From contig JAIZWN010000676.1 of assembly GCA_020443945.1 (NCBI GenBank), forward strand, positions 1 through 34,682: DNA of 34,682 nucleotides. The letters run 5' to 3'. The notes beneath the pieces were generated by a model. It ran no database searches. It had not been told where the DNA came from and saw only the letters and a list, made by a program, of their open reading frames with translations. Numbering within the stretch: position 1 is the stretch's first letter; each line of letters opens with the position of its first letter. Origin of the DNA: Candidatus Thiosymbion ectosymbiont of Robbea hypermnestra (GTDB lineage Bacteria; Pseudomonadota; Gammaproteobacteria; Chromatiales; Chromatiaceae). The translations under genes were made by a program, and so were the position numbers. Below are positions 1 to 8,680 of this stretch, one piece after another.

Positions 1-1
1 A

Positions 2-60
2 ATCTGTAGGATGGGGCGCGAGACCACGCTAGGCTTTGCCTGTCCTATCATCCTATAGAT
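2..60. repeat. GTAG-type REP-like inverted repeat
   Basis: ATCTGTAGGATG (2-13) pairs with CATCCTATAGAT (49-60) with 1 mismatch. Same GTAGGATG/CATCCTAC ends as the elements at 4647-4732 and 27941-27981. Confidence 0.55.
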
Positions 61-67
61 CACAGCA

Positions 68-412
68 CTACCCAATTCCGATCTTCTCGTCGGGTACCGG
101 ATCAACATCCGAAACCAGACAGACCAGGTTATTCCGTAGGTCCGGCGCGTGCTCAAGTAAATATTCGACTAATGGTCCATTGCCGTACAAGGCCAATCCA
201 TTTAGTTCACCCAAATATTTACCGAGCACTTCCAGGCAACCCAGGTCTTCCGCGCCCTCATCGAAAGCAAAACATTGGTGAGCACTGAACGCTACCCGGA
301 CTCCCGGAACATCAAGTTTTCGGTAATCACCAAAAAAGAATTTAGTTTTTTGGCTACTAAGACCTAATTTCAGGATCACTGCTTCATCGTCTTTGTCCAT
401 TATAGCCTCCAT
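68..412 (-). CDS. hypothetical protein, possibly truncated
   Basis: 114-aa ORF co-oriented with the cluster. LALYGNGPLVEYLL...LVCLVSD resembles a small Rossmann-like segment. The stop lies just before a REP-like element. Confidence 0.55.
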   Translation of the reverse strand: MEAIMDKDDEAVILKLGLSSQKTKFFFGDYRKLDVPGVRVAFSAHQCFAFDEGAEDLGCLEVLGKYLGELNGLALYGNGPLVEYLLEHAPDLRNNLVCLVSDVDPVPDEKIGIG

Positions 413-446
413 TATCTAAGGTGCCAGTTGTTTCAGATGCACGGGG

Positions 447-872
447 TCATCCGGTTATCGCATCAATGGCACCAATCATAGCCTGGCAATCCCATTGCAC
501 AACCATATCGCTCATCTCTCGCACTTCCGGGAGAACATCTGTCTGCTTAAAGGTAGGAACCGCAAATACCGGTTTGCTATGTTTACGCGCCATTTCAATC
601 TCGAGATCCACCCATTTACGTGAACTCTTGGTTTCATAAACACCGTTCAACAGAATCACTCCGGCAACAGGGACAATCTGGGATTCCAGACAATTCCGAA
701 TAAATCTCATGCCAATCTCAGTATTCGTATCCATTGCAGGGTCGTGCCAGGGCACACTAAAATTTCTCCACTTCAATGTCTCGCAGGCATCCAGCATATC
801 TCCCATACGTGTCCATTCATCGTGGAAACGCCAGGCATGGGTTATAAAGATGTCATAGAGTTTATTTGTCAT
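447..872 (-). CDS. TIR-like domain protein (MTH538/DUF1863, ThsB-like)
   Basis: YDIFITHAW first strand, GVILLNG, SRKWVDLEIEMA with the putative catalytic Glu, KPVFAV. Size (141 aa) is typical of a stand-alone TIR-like protein. Confidence 0.75.
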   Translation of the reverse strand: MTNKLYDIFITHAWRFHDEWTRMGDMLDACETLKWRNFSVPWHDPAMDTNTEIGMRFIRNCLESQIVPVAGVILLNGVYETKSSRKWVDLEIEMARKHSKPVFAVPTFKQTDVLPEVREMSDMVVQWDCQAMIGAIDAITG

Positions 873-1076
873 TTCAACTTTCCCCTCAGGTTCTCTCGGT
901 TTCCTTCATCCGCATCGGAACGGGAAAATCTGGCTGTATTTTGCAACGGGCTTATACCGGTGGTGAGATGCCGATCATTTTTCTTTTGCACAAAGCGCAT
1001 AAAGTGGTCGCATCCTCTATGTTTCCTCGAGCCGGTCCGGATATGTCGATTGATAAGAGAACAGGATTTGAATACA

Positions 1077-2300
1077 TTATACTACCCGACTTTCCTCGAC
1101 AATCCTTTCCGCAAAGGCAAACGAGCTGGTAAACGCCGGGGATATGGCGTTTAATACATGGAGTGAGTTGTCGGTCTTTTCGAGAATATAATCCATTTTT
1201 AATTTTCCCGTTTTTATATTCACCAGTTGCGGACGTATGCCCGCCTTTGGTGTCGATACCATGTCCTCGGAGTTCAGTGACGGCAATAATTCACGCGCCG
1301 CAAACAGGAAGTTTCGCTTTCGGTATTTTGCCATCTCCCTATGGGCCATTTTTCTGAAATGATTTTTATTTCGCAGATACATGTTTGTAAGCCGCACGCC
1401 AATCCCGATGGCCTCGCTTGCTTTTATGCCCTTTATCTTCCCATAGTTTTCGCGCCCGAGGGCAGGTATGGCGGTGGGACCGACGTAGACATCCCCGCTG
1501 ATAACGCGGGTGAGGTGCACGCCTAAAAACGGAAGCGATACATCGGGCACCGGATAGATATTGGCCCTGATCTTGGGAGTGGCTGTCTCATTGAGCTTCC
1601 AGTAGATACCCTTGAAGGGAACCAGGGCATAGTCCTTCGCCAGCCCGAAGATTCCGGCGATCCTATCGGCATAGGCCCCGGCACAGTTGTAGAGGAAATC
1701 AAAACGAACAGCGCCCCGTGTGGTTTCGATTTCGTTCTTTTGGGTTCGTCTCAGTACCTTGGTGTGAAACAGGAAGGTTACGCCTTGCTGCTCGAGTTTT
1801 TCCCGTAGCCGCTTTACTACCGCCAGACTATCGATCACCGTCGTGGTAGGGCAATAGATGGCGGCAGGACCCTTGGCGGCAAAGGGCTCGATTTCGCTCA
1901 GCTGTTGCTGGTCGATACGCTCGGCGGGAATCCTGTTCTCTTTTGCGTTGTCGAGCAATTTCTCGATGGTGGGTAGTTGTTCTTCGGCGGTAGCCAGGAT
2001 CAATTTTCCGCATTGGGAATAGGGTATCTTTTCCTCCTTCGCAAACTCGATCATGCGTCTGCCGCCCTCGGCGCACACACGCGCCTTGAGGGTATCGCTG
2101 CTGTAATAGATGCCGCTGTGCAACACCCCACTGTTGCGGCCACTGGCGTGCATGCCCGGCATCGCCTCTTTATCCAGGATGGCGATGTGGGCACGGGGGT
2201 GGTGGTGCCGCAACTCGCTCGCCACCGTGAGGCCGACGATACCGGCCCCGACGATGACAAAATCATATGACGATGCGACCATCGAGACAGCCTCAAACAT
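1077..2300 (-). CDS. lhgO: FAD-dependent oxidoreductase, L-2-hydroxyglutarate oxidase family
   Basis: VIVGAGIVG FAD motif, HASGRNSGVLHSGIYY, PVPD..LPFLGVHLT, AGIRPQ, NAISPAFTSS. Confidence 0.8.
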   Translation of the reverse strand: MFEAVSMVASSYDFVIVGAGIVGLTVASELRHHHPRAHIAILDKEAMPGMHASGRNSGVLHSGIYYSSDTLKARVCAEGGRRMIEFAKEEKIPYSQCGKLILATAEEQLPTIEKLLDNAKENRIPAERIDQQQLSEIEPFAAKGPAAIYCPTTTVIDSLAVVKRLREKLEQQGVTFLFHTKVLRRTQKNEIETTRGAVRFDFLYNCAGAYADRIAGIFGLAKDYALVPFKGIYWKLNETATPKIRANIYPVPDVSLPFLGVHLTRVISGDVYVGPTAIPALGRENYGKIKGIKASEAIGIGVRLTNMYLRNKNHFRKMAHREMAKYRKRNFLFAARELLPSLNSEDMVSTPKAGIRPQLVNIKTGKLKMDYILEKTDNSLHVLNAISPAFTSSFAFAERIVEESRVV

Positions 2301-3231
2301 TCCCGTAACGTGTGTTGCGGATCATGGTGTAGCCCTTGATCAGCTCACCGATGCCGCGATGCAGTGAGAATTCCGGCTTGAAACCGGTTGCCTCAATCTT
2401 ATCGTTGGAGACGATGTAATTGCGTTGATCCGGATCTTTACCCACCTGCTCGTCGATGAAGATGAACTCGGGCAGCTGTTCCTGGATATGTTCACAGAGC
2501 TCTTTTTTGGAGACATTGGCGTCGGAAAGGCCGACATTGTAGATCTCGCCCTTCATTGTGTCGTAGTTGTTCAACGCATGTTGAAAGACGCGGGAGACAT
2601 CGCGCACGTGGATGTAGTTGCGCTTGAAATGGCTTTCGAAGAGCACGACGAAGCGATCATAAACCGCACGGTAGGTAAAGTCATTGACCAGCAGGTCGAT
2701 ACGCATACGGGGTGACATACCGAATACCGTAGCCAGGCGAAAGCTGATGGCGTTGGGGTGATCCATCAGTCGTTTCTCGATTTCCACCTTTTCGATGGCG
2801 TATTGGGAGATCGGATGCAGGGGGGACTCTTCGTTGCAGTAGTTATTTTCATCTCCGGTGCCATAGGCGCTGTTGGTGGTGGGCATGAATACGATCTGAT
2901 CCCGCGAGAGGAGCCCGAGCATCAGGGTAATGGCGTCGTGGTTGATGGTTGTGGCGCCGACGGGATCGAGACCGCATAAGGGGGCGCCCACCAGCGCCGC
3001 GAGGGGAATGATAACATCGGCCCTCTGCATGAGAGAGGCCATGGTTTTTTCGACTCGGATATCCCCTTTGACCACCGAGAAGTCGGGATGATAGGCACAG
3101 TGGTTCAGACTGGTTTGTCTGAACATGAAATTGTCGAGCACCGTCACCCGATGACCCGCGGCAAGCAGGTCCGGCACCATAATGGAACCGAGATACCCGG
3201 CACCGCCGGTCACGAGGATGTTGTATGACAT
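2293..3231 (-). CDS. NAD-dependent nucleotide-sugar epimerase/dehydratase (extended SDR)
   Basis: ILVTGGAGYLGS, YAIEK (YxxxK), FRLATVFGMSPRMRIDLLVN. Confidence 0.9.
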   Translation of the reverse strand: MSYNILVTGGAGYLGSIMVPDLLAAGHRVTVLDNFMFRQTSLNHCAYHPDFSVVKGDIRVEKTMASLMQRADVIIPLAALVGAPLCGLDPVGATTINHDAITLMLGLLSRDQIVFMPTTNSAYGTGDENNYCNEESPLHPISQYAIEKVEIEKRLMDHPNAISFRLATVFGMSPRMRIDLLVNDFTYRAVYDRFVVLFESHFKRNYIHVRDVSRVFQHALNNYDTMKGEIYNVGLSDANVSKKELCEHIQEQLPEFIFIDEQVGKDPDQRNYIVSNDKIEATGFKPEFSLHRGIGELIKGYTMIRNTRYGNV

Positions 3232-3255
3232 CGATTTCTCCTGAGCGTTCGGCTT

Positions 3256-3840
3256 TCAAGATTGAAAAATTGTTTGTTCCACGCATTCGCAGAGGGTGTG
3301 GGCCAGGACCACGTGAACCTCCTGGATCGTACTCGTCACGGTGCCTGGCGCTATGATGCAGTAGTCCACTTTCTGTTTTGCCCGGCCACCGTCGTGTCCG
3401 GTAAATACGATGGTTGGTATCCGTCTCTCACGGCAGGCGTCGAATGCCTCGAGGATATTTACCGATTGCCCGGAGGTAGTGATACCGAGAAAGACATCTT
3501 TCCCGGTCATTTTCCCGATAACCTGGCGCGCAAAAACCTGTTCATAGCCGTAGTCGTTCCCGACCGCTGTCAGGATGGAGCTATTCACGGTGAGGGCTTC
3601 GGCAGGGAGAGGGGCACGGTCCCTTGCCAGCTTGCCGACGAATTCCGCCGCGAGGTGTTGGGCATCCGCGGCGGATCCTCCATTTCCCGCGATATAGAGC
3701 CTGCCACCCTGTCGGTAACGCTCGATAACCACCGCCACCGCTTGTTCGAAAACACGGGTTTGTGTTTCGTCCTTCAGGAATCGTTGTTTGGCCTCGATGG
3801 ATTCCTGAAGGTTTTTGCGAAGTATTGCAGATGGCCGCAT
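3256..3840 (-). CDS. gmhA: D-sedoheptulose-7-phosphate isomerase (SIS domain)
   Basis: AGNGGSAADAQHLAAE, GNDYGY, TTSGQS.N, IQEVH motifs. Confidence 0.93.
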   Translation of the reverse strand: MRPSAILRKNLQESIEAKQRFLKDETQTRVFEQAVAVVIERYRQGGRLYIAGNGGSAADAQHLAAEFVGKLARDRAPLPAEALTVNSSILTAVGNDYGYEQVFARQVIGKMTGKDVFLGITTSGQSVNILEAFDACRERRIPTIVFTGHDGGRAKQKVDYCIIAPGTVTSTIQEVHVVLAHTLCECVEQTIFQS

Positions 3841-3861
3841 ATGTCCTCTCGCTACTGTTCA

Positions 3862-4578
3862 CTACTGTGTCAGCATTTCGACTGCCAGAAGATAATCCTC
3901 GGGGATACCGATATCGATAAAGCGGCCGGACTGCTCTATACCGTAAAGCCCACGCCCTCGATTCAGGAGGAAGGGCAGCAGGTCGTTTTCAAGGGAGTAT
4001 TTCTTATCCGCCTTCTTTGGGAGGCCGTGCAGTACCGACGGCTCCACCAAGTAAGCGCCGCCGTTTGCCAATCTGCCAGGTTGCCCGGTGTCCGACCGGA
4101 GCCTATGGATGCGGCCGTCATCCGCAACCTCCAGCCCCATATAGCGCCCGATCTCGATATAGCGCCCGATCTCGCTGGCTCGAAACAGGACGAAGGTCCA
4201 TTCCGATGCGCGTTCGACGTGAAAGTGCGCGAGCTGTTTCAGGTCGACCTCGAAAAAGGTATCGCCATTGAGCACCAGAAAGGGTTCCGTAAGGCCCTCC
4301 GCGGCGAGCAGTAATCCCCCCCCCGTACCAAGCGGTGTCTGTTCCACCACGTAGTCGACCGGTATGCCCCGATAGGTAGACCCGAAGTGATCGATTACGG
4401 TCCGGTGTCGATAGCCCAGGGATAAGATGAATCGATCAATGCCCTGTTCGCACCAGTAGTCCATTTGGTATTCGAGAAAGGGGCGACCATCGATGGGGGC
4501 CATGGGTTTCGGCAGATCGGGTACGGCGCTACGCAGCCGCGTACCCAGCCCCCCGGCCAGGATAATGGCTGTTGTCAT
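3862..4578 (-). CDS. hddC: D-glycero-alpha-D-manno-heptose-1-phosphate guanylyltransferase-like nucleotidyltransferase
   Basis: AIILAGGLGTRLRS..PDLPKPMAPI, PLGTGG, VLNGDT, FIDIGIPEDY; adjacent to gmhA. Start placed at MTTAIIL (alternative 4596). Confidence 0.85.
   Translation of the reverse strand: MTTAIILAGGLGTRLRSAVPDLPKPMAPIDGRPFLEYQMDYWCEQGIDRFILSLGYRHRTVIDHFGSTYRGIPVDYVVEQTPLGTGGGLLLAAEGLTEPFLVLNGDTFFEVDLKQLAHFHVERASEWTFVLFRASEIGRYIEIGRYMGLEVADDGRIHRLRSDTGQPGRLANGGAYLVEPSVLHGLPKKADKKYSLENDLLPFLLNRGRGLYGIEQSGRFIDIGIPEDYLLAVEMLTQ
4139..4174. repeat. perfect 18-bp tandem duplication inside hddC
   Basis: ATATAGCGCCCGATCTCG occurs at 4139-4156 and 4157-4174, giving EIGRYI-EIGRYM in the protein. 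Confidence 0.95.
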
Positions 4579-4646
4579 TGGCCGCTGGCACCCCATTTCA
4601 GAATATTTTGCATATGAAAGCCACTACCCGCGACTGGATACCCCCA

Positions 4647-4732
4647 GTGGGATGGGCAGTGAGCGGAGTGAACCGCATCGACTGCGTGTCGGTTCACTGA
4701 TGCAGTTCGTTTCACTGGTCCCGCATCCTACG
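4647..4732. repeat. degenerate pair of inverted GTAG-type REP-like elements
   Basis: GTGGGATG..GTGAGCG..GAACCGCATC (4647-4679) faces GATGCAGTTCG..CCGCATCCTACG (4699-4732). Homologous to 27941-27981. Confidence 0.65.
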
Positions 4733-4765
4733 CGAGTTATCCGCAAGATAAGGGGGAACGAGGTA

Positions 4766-5938
4766 CTAGTCGGCGGCGTTCAGAATGGCGCAGATCGCAT
4801 CGACCTCCTCGTCACGGAGGTCAGGAAAGTTGCCGATATAAAAGCCGTAGAAGTGGATGTGCTCGGTTTCCGGGAATTTACGATAATACCCTTCCGGTAC
4901 AATCCCTTTGAGGTAAGGTTGACGCAACTGATTGCCTCCCCCCGCGCTGCCGCGCCGAAATTCGATGCCATGTTCACGCATCCTGTCCATCAACCGTTGC
5001 ACAAAGGCCCCGTCCGGTTTTCTCAGTACGAGATTGAAGGCGTAATTGCTTGAACCTTCGAGCTTGAAATCGGTACGGTATTTCTCGGGATCCAGCTGCC
5101 TCAGAAATCTGTGGAGGTTTTCCGTGCGGCGTGCAATGTTGGCATCCAGCCTTTTCAGCTGGGTATGCCCCATGATTCCGCCGATTTCAGTATTACGCAT
5201 GTTGTAGGCGGGATAGGCAAAGATGAATTCCGGATTGAGCTCCGGGTTGTCGGTTCGGTAGCGATCACGAAGGTCCGGATGATCGGATTCACGCACCATC
5301 CCGTGTGAACGCAGCATGCGCACCTGCTGATAGACCTCTTCATCATCGGTGCAGACCATGCCGCCCTCTATGGTGCTCATATGGTGGGCATAGTAGAAGG
5401 AGAAATTGGAGATCCAGCCGAAAGTACCCGCTTTCCGGCCGTTGTGGGTTGTACCGTGGGATTCGCAAACATCTTCGATCAGCGGAACCCCGCGCCGCTC
5501 CAGCTCATCGATGAGTTGATCCGTCAGGCCATCGAATCCCTGAACATGGGTAAGAAAGACCGCGCGGGTCTTCTCGTTGAGCTTGCCGATTACCTGCCTG
5601 GTATCCATCGCCAGGGTGCGGGGGTCGATATCCACGAATACGGGGGTAAAGCCATTCTGAAGCACGGATGAGATATCCGAGATCCAGGTCAGTGGCGGAA
5701 CAATCACCTCGCCTCCCTCCGGGTGGCGAATCTTCAGAATCGCCATGGTGAGGAGATTGGAAGAGGCACCGGAGTTCAGAAAAACGCTGTATCCGACACC
5801 CAACCACCGTGACCATTCCGCCTCAAAGGCGCGAACATTCGCGCCATTGGTCAGCATCGGATCATCCCGCCTCAGGTACTCGATAACCGCGTCCAGATCT
5901 TCACGGTGGATATTGTTGCGCATTAATGGAAATTTCAT
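4766..5938 (-). CDS. DegT/DnrJ/EryC1/StrS-family PLP enzyme, ColD/E1-type sugar 3-dehydratase
   Basis: NSGASSNLL, IEDVCESHG, SFYYAHHMSTIEGG with His at the usual Schiff-base Lys position. Confidence 0.85.
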   Translation of the reverse strand: MKFPLMRNNIHREDLDAVIEYLRRDDPMLTNGANVRAFEAEWSRWLGVGYSVFLNSGASSNLLTMAILKIRHPEGGEVIVPPLTWISDISSVLQNGFTPVFVDIDPRTLAMDTRQVIGKLNEKTRAVFLTHVQGFDGLTDQLIDELERRGVPLIEDVCESHGTTHNGRKAGTFGWISNFSFYYAHHMSTIEGGMVCTDDEEVYQQVRMLRSHGMVRESDHPDLRDRYRTDNPELNPEFIFAYPAYNMRNTEIGGIMGHTQLKRLDANIARRTENLHRFLRQLDPEKYRTDFKLEGSSNYAFNLVLRKPDGAFVQRLMDRMREHGIEFRRGSAGGGNQLRQPYLKGIVPEGYYRKFPETEHIHFYGFYIGNFPDLRDEEVDAICAILNAAD

Positions 5939-5950
5939 GAATACTCCAGC

Positions 5951-6916
5951 TCAATCAGGTAGGGATTCACTAAAGCTACGCACACGATTCAATACGGATT
6001 GGGTGCCGATCCCAACCTTTTCGTGCAGCTCCGCACGCGAGCCGAGCTCGAAGCGGTAAGCCGGCTCGACGCCCAGGTTCAATACCCTGGATTGCAGATT
6101 CCGCCGTGCGATGAACTCGAACAGCATCGAGTCGAGTCCGCCGCGCCCCCGGAAACCTTCCTCCAGCGTTACCACACCGATATAAGGCATCAATGCCGAC
6201 GCAAGCCGCTCCACCGCATAGTCCGTCAGGTTGAAGAGGTCGATCACCCCGACCTCCTCGCCCTTTTCGGCAAGCCGCTCGGCTACATCGAGTGCGGTAT
6301 GCAACATATAACCCGTCGCAACCAGACACATGCGATTGCCTTTCTTATGAACATGAAACCCCGCTTCCATATCAGGGGCTTTCCGTTCGTAGATCACGGG
6401 AAGCGCCTGGGCGTCGAAACGCAAATATTTGGGACCCCGGTTGCCGACGCAATGATGAAACAGATGTTGCGCGGTGACATGATCCGCCGGGGACAGGAGC
6501 CGGAAATTGGGCAGCGCCCGCATCAGGGTGATGTCCTCATAGCATTGATGCGTCGGCCCGGAAAGGGCATAACTGTATCCGGCGCCCACCCCGACCAGGT
6601 TGACATTCATGGGACGCACTTCGGAGAGTAGCGCAAGGCTTACCCGGGCCTGCTCATAGCAGCGCATGGTAATGAAAGGGGCGATCGCATAGGCAAATAC
6701 GGTATAACCTTCCAGCGCCAAACCGGCGGAGATGTTGATCAGATTCTGCTCCGCGATACCTACATTGACGAATCGGTCTGGAAAATCCGCGCGGATTTTA
6801 TCGAGCACGGGTGAACCAAAGTCGGCGGTGACAAAGAAGATTCCCCGGTCATCCGCCATCGCCTCCCAGACCTGCTCCAGAAAGGCGTCCCGCATGGCCC
6901 GCGGTTGGAGGCTCAT
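5951..6916 (-). CDS. transketolase-like protein, pyrimidine-binding/C-terminal subunit
   Basis: RFVNVGIAEQN, RCYEQ, GPTHQ, PKYLR. 4-nt overlap with the upstream subunit. Confidence 0.9.
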   Translation of the reverse strand: MSLQPRAMRDAFLEQVWEAMADDRGIFFVTADFGSPVLDKIRADFPDRFVNVGIAEQNLINISAGLALEGYTVFAYAIAPFITMRCYEQARVSLALLSEVRPMNVNLVGVGAGYSYALSGPTHQCYEDITLMRALPNFRLLSPADHVTAQHLFHHCVGNRGPKYLRFDAQALPVIYERKAPDMEAGFHVHKKGNRMCLVATGYMLHTALDVAERLAEKGEEVGVIDLFNLTDYAVERLASALMPYIGVVTLEEGFRGRGGLDSMLFEFIARRNLQSRVLNLGVEPAYRFELGSRAELHEKVGIGTQSVLNRVRSFSESLPD

Positions 6917-7725
6917 GATTTCGTCTCCAATAGTGCATCGATCAATTCCGGTTTCGGATTGATGATGTGCGACAGTGGAGCATTTTCCAATCCGGGCACG
7001 CCGCGCCCTTTCAGGGTCCTGGCGATAAGCGCCTTGGGTTTGCCCGTCGCGGTCTTTTTCTGCCGCGCCAGAACCGCCTGCACGGCGGATACATCATGGC
7101 CGTCGACCTCGCCACAGTCCCAACCGAAAGCGGTGAGACGCCCGTTCAAATCACCATGCGACACGATCTCGTCCGTGTACCCCAACATACTGATCCGGTT
7201 ATTATCGACGATCAGATGCAGGTTATCGAGCCTGTGTTGAGAGGCGAACATAATGGCCTCCCAACAGGCGCCTTCATGCAATTCGCCATCACCCGCAACG
7301 ACAAAAACACCCTTGTCGCTCCCTTTGGATTTGAGCGCGAGAGCAACACCCGTGGCGACCCCCAGTCCGTGGCCCAATGAGCCATTGACTGTCTCATATC
7401 CGGGAATTATCGGGTCGGGTATACCGCCGAGGAAGCTCCCCACCTCGCAGATCCGGTGCAGCTCCTCCGACGCGAAATAACCCAGATCCGCAAGGATGGG
7501 ATACAGGCAGATCGATCCGTGACCCTTGCTGATAATGCATCTGTCACGCCCGGTATCCAGCGGATTTTTCGGATTGAATCGGAGAATACCACCGTAATAG
7601 AGGGCGACGAATATCTCGACCGAGGAAAGCGAAGAGGCTAAACGGGTTTCCGGGGCGCGTCGATGTATCGCCAGGGTTTCCCGCCACACCCAGGATGCCT
7701 TGCTTTGCAGATCGGATTGATTCAT
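6913..7725 (-). CDS. transketolase-like protein, TPP-binding N-terminal subunit
   Basis: DRCIISKGH, GSLGHGLG, GDGELHEG...IVDNN TPP motif, TLKGRG. Confidence 0.9.
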   Translation of the reverse strand: MNQSDLQSKASWVWRETLAIHRRAPETRLASSLSSVEIFVALYYGGILRFNPKNPLDTGRDRCIISKGHGSICLYPILADLGYFASEELHRICEVGSFLGGIPDPIIPGYETVNGSLGHGLGVATGVALALKSKGSDKGVFVVAGDGELHEGACWEAIMFASQHRLDNLHLIVDNNRISMLGYTDEIVSHGDLNGRLTAFGWDCGEVDGHDVSAVQAVLARQKKTATGKPKALIARTLKGRGVPGLENAPLSHIINPKPELIDALLETKS

Positions 7726-8678
7726 GTTCGGCTCTGGTCGGATACGATATTTTCAACATACCACCGATAGGTCCTCTGGAGGCCCAGATCGAAGTCTATA
7801 CCGGGTTGCCATCCGAAATCCCTGATACGGGTGCTGTCCAGCAGCTTCCGGGGGGCGCCATCCGGTTTGGTCCGATCCCACTCGATAGCGCCCGTATAAC
7901 CCACGGTCGCCGCGATTTTTTCCGCCAGCTCCCGAATGGAGAAATCGACTCCGGTTCCAAGATTCAGGGGTAACGCAAGGTTTGCGTGATCCGCGCGCAG
8001 CAAAAACACAACCGCGTCCGCCACATCGTCCGCGTGAATAAATTCACGGCGCGGCTCACCGCTGCCCCACAGGACAACCTTGTGGGCATTACTTTCCTTT
8101 GCCTCGTGGAAACGCCGGATCAGCGCGGACAAGACATGTCCGGACTGCGGATTGAAATCGTCGTTCGGTCCAAACGTATTATTCGGGATAACCGGAATAA
8201 ACCGCCGACGGCCATATTGCTGATTGTAGGCCAGGCACATCTGTAGCCCCGCCAGCTTCGAGATGGCATAGGCCAGGCTGGTCGGTTCCGGGTGACCCGA
8301 CAGAAGCGCCGACTCGGCCATCGGTTGGGGACATTCCCGCGGATACATACAGGAGGATGCAAAAAAGATCAGCTTTTTTACGTCGGCGCGATGCGCCGCG
8401 CGCAGAACACTCGATTGAATCGCCAGGTTGGTATCGATGAAATCCGCCGGATAGGTCTTATTCTCGATAATCCCCCCCACTCGGCCAGCGGCCAATACAA
8501 CGAATGCCGGCGAATTTTTACGAAAAAACCGTTCAACGGCGGCATGGTCCGTCAATTCCAGCTCGCCATGGCCGGCCAGAATCAAATTATCGTATCCGGT
8601 ATCACGTAATTTACGAACCACCGCCGAGCCAATGAGCCCCGTGTGACCGGCAATATAGATCGACGCATCCGTATCCAT
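7722..8678 (-). CDS. fcl: GDP-L-fucose synthase family epimerase/reductase (Fcl/ColC-like)
   Basis: IYIAGHTGLIGSA, AAGRVGGI, SSCMYP, YAISK, HVLSALIRRF, WGSGEPRREFIHADD, KPDGAPRK. Confidence 0.85.
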   Translation of the reverse strand: MDTDASIYIAGHTGLIGSAVVRKLRDTGYDNLILAGHGELELTDHAAVERFFRKNSPAFVVLAAGRVGGIIENKTYPADFIDTNLAIQSSVLRAAHRADVKKLIFFASSCMYPRECPQPMAESALLSGHPEPTSLAYAISKLAGLQMCLAYNQQYGRRRFIPVIPNNTFGPNDDFNPQSGHVLSALIRRFHEAKESNAHKVVLWGSGEPRREFIHADDVADAVVFLLRADHANLALPLNLGTGVDFSIRELAEKIAATVGYTGAIEWDRTKPDGAPRKLLDSTRIRDFGWQPGIDFDLGLQRTYRWYVENIVSDQSRT

Positions 8679-8680
8679 TG

